Below, one piece after another: positions 38,404-48,839 of a stretch of DNA of 64,000 nt. The position numbers were made by a program, and so were the translations under genes. The first letter of the stretch is position 1. Each line of letters starts with the position of its first letter. The stretch lies in NCBI GenBank assembly GCA_965112155.1, contig OZ218102.1. One strand, written 5' to 3'. The notes beneath the pieces are model-generated. The model was not told the origin of the DNA. It saw only the letters and a program-made list of their open reading frames with translations, and did no database searches. The stretch is from Podarcis liolepis. Its lineage: Eukaryota.

Positions 38404-40186
38404 TAATAAATAATTCTTCGTTAAGTGAAGAAAGGCCTAAATGGTCGTAGTAGTGTGAGAAGGGGCAGATGATCTAGATAGTTGTCCACATTTTCCATTG
38501 GAGAGCGAACATATCTAACTGTGTATCGTACTGTAATAAAGAAAGAAAAGCTGGATATTCTGTTTTTCGGACAAAATATATTTGCCATGTCACAGAGAAG
38601 TTACAGCGCTAACTTCCTAGAGGGGAAGGAAGAACATCACATGGATCTTTGAGGTCAGAATCCTTTGTATGTACTTCTCAAAGGATGCATACCTATGTAA
38701 TGGAAAACTTTCTCACTGTCCACTGCAGAATGTTATCACCGTGAGAGTGTAAATGTGGAGATAAATGAGAGTAAATGCAGAGATGCGCATGGTATACACA
38801 TTCCAAACACTTAGACAGGCTCTGATACATAGACTAATTTGGAAGCTCTCTCATGTTTTTCCTCTGCCATTGAACTGATATAGCCTGTCACACAGAGGGA
38901 TGAATGAATGAAGGATGATATTGTCCCTTTTTCCTCACCAGTCTTTTAGCACGTTGGCGAGAGAGACAAGAGTCCAACTGACCTGTGTCCGAACCTTGAG
39001 TGTGATGAGACCCCTGAAAAGAAGAAAGAGAACATCACTACAGGACCTAACCTATATTGGGAACCAAGGAATTTAACATCCTCTTACCATCAGCATAAGG
39101 GACCAGGGGGTTTCCCATAAGTCTGCTGGTATCTTCCTCTTTCTGCACCATTGTTGCTGTTTCGCCTATATAAGGAGCCACACTTGGAGAATTCTAGCAA
39201 GTTGCTAGAATGTAGGATATCATTAAATAGCTTTAAAGAAAGATCACAGCAGATCACTGATATTTGGCTTCTGCAACAACGTGACACTGGAAAACATGTC
39301 AAACTATTTCCTACCGCTGGGCAGCAAAGTTACAGTTTAGCAACATGTGTGACGGGGCAACACAGGGGATGAGGAATGGAGCTTTCTGTAGGTGGAACAT
39401 GTTGAAAAGGGGGCTTGGTGTGAGCAGGTTGAAGAGTTCTCCTTGCAGCTGCTGTTGGTGTGGGAAGCATCTGAGATCCAGAAATTGCTGGCAGGGAAGA
39501 AAGGCAGAGTACTTGGCTCATTTTATGCTCAGCTTCATTGGGACCCGCTACCAGGAATATCACAAGGGGCTATTTAAAGATACCATCCACCTACCATCCA
39601 AGTAGGAAAAACTTGTCATCATAAAGATCCTGGCCACCAGAGTCCTATCCCTTCTTACTCAGTAATGAACTTGGGAAAGGTCACACAAGCTTAATGGACA
39701 AGTTGGCTGCTGTGGGTGACTTTAGACAAGTTCAGCTGACTCACAAGCTGAGATGGGGATATAGACACCATGACACACACACCCTAAGCAAGGCTGCTGT
39801 AGTGCAGTCTACATGGGGCTGTCTCTTGGAGACTGCTCAGAAAGAGTCGTTCATTCATTCATTCAATTTGTATGCCACTTTTCCACACACAAAAATCATG
39901 TTGAAAGTAGCTTACAACAAAGAGTGCTTCCTTCACTTTCCATCTTCCCACTTTTGCTTCCAGTTTCTTTGCACCTTCCAGGTCAAGGTCTGGGTATAGT
40001 TACACACAGCCCAGCAAGATTCTGGCAAATGAGCCTCATTTCTTCATTCAGGTGCTTCTGTTGTGGTTCCTGTTCACTATTATTGCTACTCAGAGCAACA
40101 TTTGGATGAGAAACAAAATATGAAGGAGCTGACACCTAAAATGCCCACCCCTGGCCATTCCCCCCCTCCCAACACACGCACTTAAG

Positions 40187-40330
40187 TAGAATCATAGAAC
40201 TGTAGAGTTGAAAGGGACCCTGGTGATCATGTAATCTAACCCCCTGCAGTGCAGGGATATCCAGTTATATCCATATGGGGATCACATCTGCAACCTTGGC
40301 GTTATCAGTACCAGGCCCTAACCAACTGCA
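40187..40330 (-). mobile_element. tRNA(Ile)-like-head SINE with CR1-type tail
   Basis: Minus strand cagttggttagggcctggtactgataacgccaaggttgcag... followed by gggggttagatt...caactctacagttctatgattcta. Confidence 0.7.
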
Positions 40331-40363
40331 CGATCCAGGCCTCAAGGAGCAATACTGTTTTAG

Positions 40364-40401
<38 letters not shown>

Positions 40402-41364
40402 ATGTTCTAGATTATAGACTTCTCCTTGAAAGATTGTTTTTTTATCCCGGTCCCAGACATCTCTCCTTGCAACTTAACTTCCGAGTCATTTGCTTAAGCC
40501 TTAAGACCACAGCTGCTTGCAATGCTAAGCATGCTTACTTGAAAGCAAGTTCCATCGCAATAAATGAGAGCAACTTCTGAGTCCAAAAGAAGCACACGCT
40601 CAACTAGGAAACGGTTCCTTTTCCCCCCATTCCTGTTGGAAGCGAACAGATTGAATTGAGGAGGTGAGGTGAGTTATGCCTTTCCCTGCATGCCAGGCTT
40701 GACTCCAACCCCCTTGGATTTCTGCCTGCCATATTTTTACCCCGTTCTTCTCCCTCTCTCTGGCTATGTGCGCAATGCGGAGGAAGTGCCTGATGCTTGG
40801 CAATCAGCGTGGGAAGATTGGAACTGGTGGCGAGTTTTAATACAGCGCTGTGGAAACCATCCAGAGACTCTTGTCTACCGCTCCCCCATTGTTCTGTCTC
40901 ATGCTACACACGTCACCAATTTATGAGGGTACAAAGACACTTAATTTAAGCCACGGCATGAATGAATTTCCCCGCTAAGGGAGAGAGACCACGAGAGAAG
41001 GGGCAGAAAAAAAGAATGATTTGTGGCATCCAAAGTAGCTGCTGTGCAAAATCTCAGGGAAGGGAGCTTGAAAGCACTAGGCCAGGCTCTGCTGAGGGGG
41101 AGGGAAGGCTGAGCCCCACTGATTTTATAACGAATTCCCCACAAGGACTAATTTTACCTCATGACTCAAACTGAATTGAACAAAAATAGGTAGCACCTAG
41201 GTTTTTATTAGGCGTTGAGGGTCAAAGATCATTTTAAATGCTTAAAGCTTAAATAGGAATGGGAAATAAAAGTAAATACGTAGCTACTCCCACTGGATGT
41301 TTCTAAGTCTGTGGGAATTTGGGGCTAATACTCCTAAAGCATTGTTTACTTCTTCTCTCCTCTC

Positions 41365-41626
41365 CTCCCGTTGTTCAGTCCCTGTTCCTGCCAACCTAGC
41401 AGTTTGAAAGTACATCAAAGTGCAGGTAGATAAATAGGTACCGCTCTGGTGGGAAGGTAAACAGCGTTTCCGTGCGCTGCTCTGGTTCGCCAGAAGCGGC
41501 TTAGTCATGCTGGCCACATGACCAGGAAGCTGTACACTGGCTCCCTCGGCCAGTAAAGCGAGATGAGCGCCACAACCCTAGAGTCATCCCCTACTGGACC
41601 TAACAGTCAGGGGTCCCTTTACCTTT
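41365..41626 (+). mobile_element. 5'-truncated Sauria SINE
   Basis: Matches the reverse complement of 17906-18170 and ends in ggggtccctttaccttt. Confidence 0.92.
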
Positions 41627-41797
41627 AGATTTCACAGGGGTAATCCTATAAACAGGCTTTTCCCAGGAAACTACACAGATAATGCATACCTAACTACTCT
41701 GCTCATCACCTTGTTAACAGTTACCTTGAGCATCTGAAGAATTTTTCTTCACTATGCTTTTGTATACATTAATAGTGAAAAGCACTTGCTGATGGCC

Positions 41798-41853
<56 letters not shown>

Positions 41854-42835
41854 ACCTATTTCTAAAAACTCAAGTATAGCAAAGCTGGGGTGGGTGGGAG
41901 AGGAATATCTATGTTTGTTCAATATAGTATGAGAAATGCAAACAGTACAAATCTCCCCCTTGTTAAAGGGAAAAAGGGAATCAGACTGTGGAGAGGAAAA
42001 TCTGGAATGTATTTCTAAGGAGGGAAGATAATTTTACATAGAGAACAGTCACAGCAGGAGGATATATGGTATGAAGTATCAGCATTCAATGCTGCCCAAG
42101 TTTGGGGTGAAGTCTCTGAAATGCATCCTTGGGTCTACTATTTCCAGCTGTTTTCAATCAGCATAATTAACAACTGAGTCTATTCATCTGTTTAAAAAAA
42201 TGAACTGCTTGAAGCGTAATGCATAATCTCATGTCATTGCTGTCCCAAAGTGTGGCCCATGCACACAGTCCCTCCAACTTATGCAAGGCAGCAGAAAGAA
42301 TTATCAGGAGGAAACAGACTCCTAGAAGTCAGTGCCAGTCTTTGTTTGATTCTCCTCCAAAAGGTCTCTGCTTCAATGTAAGACTTGTCACAAGCTTATT
42401 TTAATACAGTGGTAAAGAGCCCTGCATTTCTGAAGCCACAAGGCATGCACAGACAAATAGCATACCTCTCTTCTCTTAAAAGCCAGCACAAAAATAAAAT
42501 GAAAACTTTGAGAGGTTCTTTCTGTCTGAGAGGCACCCTCTGAGATGTTCTTATGGTTGTGTGATTTTTAAATCCATGAGAGCAATTTTGTTAATAGTTT
42601 TACCTTGAGGCATGAAAAGACATTTGGTAAACAAAAAGGCTTTGAACAAAAAGCTTAGACTTTGAGAGGAATTGTAAGGGCATTGCAGATAATGAAATGT
42701 CCTGACTGTTAACAACTTTCCATTGAAATAGGGAGGGGGGGACACGCAGCAAAGGATAGCCTGGACTCTTTTAATCGTTTTCCATGAAAATAACATGTTG
42801 CCTTTGTGCATTTAGAGCCTAACAAATAGAAAGCA

Positions 42836-42866
<31 letters not shown>

Positions 42867-43446
42867 CTTCTTCTTCTTCTTCTTCTTCTTCTTCTTCTTC
42901 TTCTCATTTGCTGACAACAAATGTTACTATGAAGGCAACAAGACATTTTTCACTTCTGTATACTGGATTTGCTTACCAAATAATGCGAAATAATTCACTT
43001 CTGTTTACTGGGTTTGCTTACCAAATAAACACACATCAAGGGTTCACTTCATTCAAAAGTGAAGTTCATATTTTTGCATCTGATGATGGAGGTTGATTCT
43101 AGTCCACAAAATATCGTGCCATAATACATTTCTTAGGGTTGTAGCCAATGTTGTGTGTCCAGAGTTCCACTTGCACAACAGAACTTCTCCTTCTTCTCCT
43201 TTCCTTGCAGGTGCACAACATTTGCTCCAGAGGATCTCCTTGACCCTTTGGAACAGATTTGGGGGATGGGAAGAGAAGAGGGGAAGAAGTTCTGTTGTGC
43301 AAGTTGAAGTCGCTGATATCAAAAGTCACTAAGGTTGGGGACAAAAAATAGGGACATATTTTCCCTCTCTCTCTTCTGATAGAGGTTATCCTACAGGGCG
43401 ACCCAAACTGGGCCTAAACCCCATTGAAATGGATCTCAAAAAAGTA

Positions 43447-43594
43447 CCGTATTTCCCCATGTATAAGACGCCCCTTATTTTGGGGGACTCAGATTTAAGA
43501 AAATGGGAGACACTATCCGTGTATAAGACACCCCCCTAATTTTTCACAATATTTTTTAGGGGAAAAAACTAGTCTTATACATGGAAAAATACGG
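43447..43594. mobile_element. Tc1/mariner (Tc2/pogo-like) MITE family E
   Basis: 23-bp TIR CCGTATTT(cc/tt)CCATGTATAAGAC; TA TSD. Confidence 0.88.
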
Positions 43595-44281
43595 TAAGTT
43601 TCTTTCAAGAGTGCCTGAATAAAGTGCTTTGGGGCAAGGTTTGTGTTTTTTGAGAAGGCCCAAAAAACCTACCCAGATCCTTTGCAATAGTGCTATATCT
43701 AACAGATAACTCTACATTATTTGGAAAAAAGGCTTGGTAGCCAAGCATCTCAAGGCTAATCCACTTAAGCAAGATATTGTTTGCTTATCAATTATTGCAG
43801 CTGACTGAAGTTCCTAGTTATCAAATAACCTATATTAGTAATTTAAAAATCCAGGCGACGTATGCCTAGTCATATAAGCAGAAAGGAGGAGGGGAAACTG
43901 TATTAAAGAATGATCCAGCCTTTGTTTGCATTTGCAAAGGGCAGGGTGCAGAGATACTGATATATGCAAACAGAACGATTCATGTACCACCCACACTCAG
44001 CTACCAGGGCATGCACACAATGCATGCCATTTCATTGATGCACCAGACATGCTATTGAACACCAGACTGTGAGACTCCCATAGGAGGGCACACACATACC
44101 CTCAGCCCTACAGCAGGGAATCCAATCTAGCAAGTTTGCTGACATGAGAAAGCATGGACATGGGGGATACTGGAGCTTGTGTTTGTGTGTCTCCTTTGTA
44201 TACCCAGCAGCCATCTTCATATGCAGCATCATAGATGGATAGATGACAGAACGTAAGAGCATGAGAAAGTGAGAATGTGGG

Positions 44282-44458
44282 CAGGGGCAGAGGTAGGGGG
44301 TGCGGACCACCCTGGGTGTCTTCGCTGAGGGGGAGGTGACATTTGGCAGTCGTGGGTGGGCATCGCGCCAAATGTCCGCCATTGGTGGCTCCCTCCGTGC
44401 CCCGCCTCCCTTGGGAGCACACCCACCCTGGGCAGTGTGAGCATATGCTCTGCCGCTG
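44282..44458. mobile_element. GC-rich hAT MITE related to family D
   Basis: CAGGGGCAGAG...CTCTGCCGCTG; perfect 8-bp TSD AATGTGGG (44274-44281, 44459-44466). Confidence 0.85.
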
Positions 44459-44784
44459 AATGTGGGGAACTGTGGAAGATTATACTGCAGGCACAGCCAG
44501 GGGTGTTGACATATTGGAAGCTTTGTGGGTTAAACAGTAGCTTTTAACTGTTCTCTGCTCTTCAGCAGCACACAGAGTCATTAGCTGATGATTAGGAGTT
44601 CTGGAAGAGGGAGGTCTTAGATATGGCCAACAGCAGGTGGGAACATATCCCCTGGGCTTCTTGTTTGTTTGTTTGCCACCTGATTCTGCCAATGACTGAA
44701 CAACCCAGTGAATCCCAGCTTTTACCTTTCTCTCAGCTAAGGCCATGCTATGATGTTCAAGTCCTTCCCAAGAAAGAGATTGCC

Positions 44785-46406
44785 ACAATTATCAAAACAC
44801 AATTTATTTTTTAAAGTGAACTGTTTACACAGTAGTGTGGTACAGTGGGGGGGCCAGGGGGAGAAGAGGCTTTTCCCTTTTTTCCGATACAAATTCCATG
44901 TCAGTACTGGTGGAACAAACAGTATAATGATGTGATTTGCATCTTCCATAGACACCACCACTACAAAACAGGTTAAGTGAACACAGAGATATGTACACAC
45001 ACTCCTATTCCGATTGGCTTTTTTGTATACAGTCCGTGCCAAAATTACACTATTATTTACAAAATGCTATATATCTGGGGAAGATTAAAGACTATAATCA
45101 GAAAGTCACAACAACAGCTTTCTGTGTCTGTAACAGCTACAAAAAAAATGAGGTATGAGAAAGTGTATAGAAAACTATTTCTATTTATGTGCAAGATGCA
45201 TACTGTTATTTTAGACCAATTAGCTTGAGAAGTGCAGCTACATTATTACCCCTTCAATATGAAGGACTTTTAAATTGCTTAGCTTTATTTTACTGTTGTG
45301 AAGAGCTATTTCTTGGAGAAGAAAAATATTACTAAACTCTACAACAAGCAAGATAATAGGAGAGTTTGTCTCTACACTGAACAAGGCAAGTTGAGCAGCC
45401 AGTGTCTACAGGATTAAGGCGTTTCATTCCATCTCTCTTCAAAACAAAACCGTGCAATCACAGGAAACCCTGTGTGATTATTTTTGTTTTTTTAAGGCAT
45501 AGCCTTTGTGTACATAGGATGAAGATCTACCTGTGAAGTGCGGTTGCAAAATTAGCTTACTGTTTGGCAAGTTGAAAGACAAGATTCCCGAAATCAAGTC
45601 TACAGCTTTGCAGGGGCCTATTTACATGAACAGTTCCCCAGCCCCTTATGCTTTTCACACTTCCTCTCACCCCCTCCACACATATCTAAGCCTAAAGGTC
45701 AGAAATTCAACAGATGCAGCTTTCCCCACTGCTGTAATTCACTGATGGGGAAAGTGCTGTCTGTTAGAAGTGCTGCCTGTCTGTACAGCTCTTACAAGGC
45801 ACACTGCTTCCTGCTGTATGCTTTACTTTTGCCCCTACAGTACACCATACCCCTTCCCCCCCCTCTCTCTCGCCACTTCATTCCCACTTAAGGCCCCTTT
45901 TCACCACAATCCTAAATACCGAATTGTATTCTTGCCAAGACCTGCTTTGTCTTGACTCAGGCCTCAGGTTTGGCAGTTCCGCCTCTCTCACACAATCTCC
46001 GCTACAACTTAAAAAGTAGGCACGAGGTTTTTTTGTGTGGCTACCTCTGCAACATCCTCCTCACACAATCACAGCTTCCCAAAAAGCCACCACACACACT
46101 ATTACTTCTTCACAAACCTCTCTGCTGCCCCCTAGTTAAGGCAAGTGGACAGCAAGTTAATGGTATATCAATCACTCGTTTTCTACATTAGGAGATGTTC
46201 TCACAGAAATTCATATTCTCTCTCCCTCCCCCCGAAGTCCAAGATGTGGCTGGTAGTTTTTTTGTTTTTAAATGTAAATGCATAATGTTCACAGTCATTT
46301 TCCCTTTTAAAAAAAGTAGTCAGCCTACCCTTCTAGGTGGCTTGCTAATGCTTATTGAGAAGTTTAAAGTTAGGTGGCAACAGAGGCCTCTGTGTTTTAT
46401 TATCAT
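44785..46406 (-). other. PPP1R3C: PPP1R3C 3' UTR (~1.6 kb) with candidate poly(A) signal
   Basis: TE-free stretch after the stop. Minus-strand AATAAA at 44808-44803 is followed by T/GT-rich sequence. Additional AATAAA at 45289-45284 and 46401-46396. Confidence 0.6.
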
Positions 46407-47352
46407 TCACCAATATGGAGACAAGCTTTCAATCCTGCTCCAGCTTTGCCATTCAGGGAAGAGGCCATTGGCTATCCGAGGGCTACCCAGCTGTTCACAG
46501 CCTGCCTCGTGCCCTTTTCTTGCCGGTTTGAGAGTCACGCAGCCTTTCCTGGGAGACGGAACTTGGACTCCATCCGACTTCCATTCTGCATGGACAATCT
46601 TGTAGTTCTGTCCATCGTTATTGTCCCAGAATGTGTGCTCGTCGCTTTGGTAATACACGCAAAACTCAATGTTCTGCTCAGCGGCAATGACTGGAGGCAA
46701 GTCAATAGCAAAGGAGAAGGTATCGTTGTCAGAGTCTCCATACACGTTGTTCATGTAGACGCAATTTATGTCGGAATAGGTTTTCCACGAATCATAGGTG
46801 ACCCGAATCCGCACCTTCTTCTCAAAACTCACATTTTTCACTTTCACAGTCCCTGAAACAGCCCTTTCTTGGAGGGTGCAGTTCTCAAGACACACAAAGT
46901 TCTTCTGTAAGTGGTTCCGGAAGTCCAAGTAATCCGCCGAAGGCTGTGCGAAACCCAGAATCAAGTTCTTCTCCTCGTGTAGTTTTAAGCCAGCAGTTAT
47001 GTCTTCAAGGTCTAGCAGGTCAAACTGAAGATCCCACCCTGGATTCTCCTGAAACTCAGAGAAGACATGAATGGCGGTGAGAGAGAGACCTTTCGAGTCT
47101 GCAAAGACGACTCTCTTCTTGGCTCGTCCGGCAGAGCGCTTCCAGTCACTGTTTTGGGACTCAGTTTCACGTTTCACATTGAGGCACGGTCTGAGAGGCT
47201 TAAATCGATCCACAAAGTTCCTTCTCTGATATTCGTCAAGTGGGTTGAGAAAGCTCTTCACAGGTGGCGAACGAGCCAAGCATATTCTCATGGCCACATC
47301 TACAGGCATGATAGAACTGGATAGGGGCCTTGGGTCCAAGACTTCTATCATT
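46407..47352 (-). CDS. PPP1R3C: PPP1R3C (PTG, protein phosphatase 1 regulatory subunit 3C) main coding exon
   Basis: Intact [29 protein letters not shown]... of 314 aa from ATG 47351 to TGA 46409-46407. PP1-binding RVxF motif ([15 protein letters not shown] at 47114-47103), CBM21 glycogen-binding motif [14 protein letters not shown] and substrate-binding WDNNDGQNY. Exon start set by branch-like CTAAT, pyrimidine tract and ttgcAG (47354-47353). Confidence 0.97.
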
Positions 47353-47449
47353 CTGCAACGTAAACAAAAATCAATTAGGCTTGTGTTTGGACCGGAGGAC
47401 ATGCGCTGGAGGGAAGCCTCTGCAAAAGGCTCCCTTTGCTTACACTCAC

Positions 47450-47484
47450 CGTCGTTCATAATTCATCATTTGCTGGCTGGGAGG
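47450..47484 (-). CDS. Candidate 35-nt alternative exon of PPP1R3C carrying an in-frame start (MMNYER-R)
   Basis: Minus strand reads ggCTAATcttgcttgtgactgaattatttacAG|cctcccagccagcaaATGATGAATTATGAACGACG|GTGAGT. The phase-2 end matches the main exon start (A ATG). Not verified by transcripts. Confidence 0.4.
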
Positions 47485-48839
47485 CTGTAAATAATTCAGT
47501 CACAAGCAAGATTAGCCAGAACAGTGACTGGCAGCCAGATGCGGAACTGATGAAATAATAACACCCTATTCAGAACACTTGGATGAATTCCACATGCCAT
47601 TTTGAGTCAGCCACGTTTTTAAATTCATGTTTGCTTTGCACCTATGAAAGCTTTTTGTATTTGTTTTATCAATAAAGCTCAGAGCAGAAGGAGTGTGCAG
47701 AATAAGGTTCTTAGATTGCAGATTCATACTTGGAAGGTAATCACGGCTCCCAATGCACAAGAAAAGGAAAGCATGCCTATCCTCTGTTAAAATTATAAAA
47801 AAGCATCTAAGTAACATTCATGAGAAATAATTCCTTTTTAAATCCCTTCTATGGAACCTCTTATGTACCATACAGACAACATTTTCATGATGCTTCCTAC
47901 AACCCTGTTTTTTAAAAATATATGTAGGTGGCATCCAACTTATAGCACAATCCTAACCCATGTCTACTCAGAAGCAAGTCCTATGAAATAAGTAAGGCTT
48001 GTTCCCAAGCGAGTGGTGCTATGACTGCAGCTTTAGTCATACTCAAGAGTAGACCCAGTGAGAGGAATCGTTTGTACTGGGTCTGCTCTGAATATGACTT
48101 AATCAGATACATCCCTATTCATCCATCTCTGAAGCAATTCAATAGTTAAATACATTAAGAGATCTCGTTAATTTCTCTGTGTACATTACATACAGGAAGC
48201 CAGCTATTCCTCCCAAGTACATTTCTTGTAGGCAACTATGGTTACTTATGAGAGTCTTAAAGTAATGCAGAGGGTTATAAGAGGAATCACTTAAGACTAC
48301 AATAGTTGGCGCCTGTGGCGTGAGAGAAGCCTTATTTTACTGCAGCTTTCCCACAAGCTCAGAGGAGACCGTTTAGGCCTAAGCAAGTACAAATCAACTT
48401 TATGAGGAGTCCAGCGATGAGGCTATTGGAATTTTCTAGACTCCCGGGAGGAAAATTTCAAAGCATAGCTATTTATGTGGCTTTTCATGAACACCACCCC
48501 TCTGTTGGCCCGGGAGGACAATGACAGGATGACTCCCAATTCTGACAAGGTTGTAAGAAGCAGAAGAGAATGAGCCCACAGAGCCAAACCCCTTCCCTTC
48601 CTTCTCATGCAATCCATTGTCTTTTCACTGCGTTTGCAAGATTAGAAAAGCAGGTATCTTTCCTGAAACCATTTTCTTGCAGAGCTAAGAGGAAGTTCTG
48701 GTCGTTATGCTGAAACAAGCCCTTATTCTACACCAAGAGATTAACTCAAACAGACGAGGGATAGGAGCAAGTTGCTTTGCTGACAGAAAACACGCCAGCA
48801 CCTTCCTTAAGCAGGAGTTAGGTACGGTACAGGATCCGA

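Noticed and set aside
47353-47459. First 36 aa (MNDGECKQ...CLRCR) of the 350-aa ORF as the normal PTG N-terminus
   Set aside because: Similarity to PPP1R3C starts at MIEVLDP, and a canonical branch point and acceptor sit exactly at 47353. An open frame of ~33 codons is not improbable by chance. Kept only as a possible intron-retention isoform.
46195-47490. + strand ORFs antisense to PPP1R3C (136, 160, 85, 81 aa)
   Set aside because: Expected shadows of a real CDS; no independent homology or signals.
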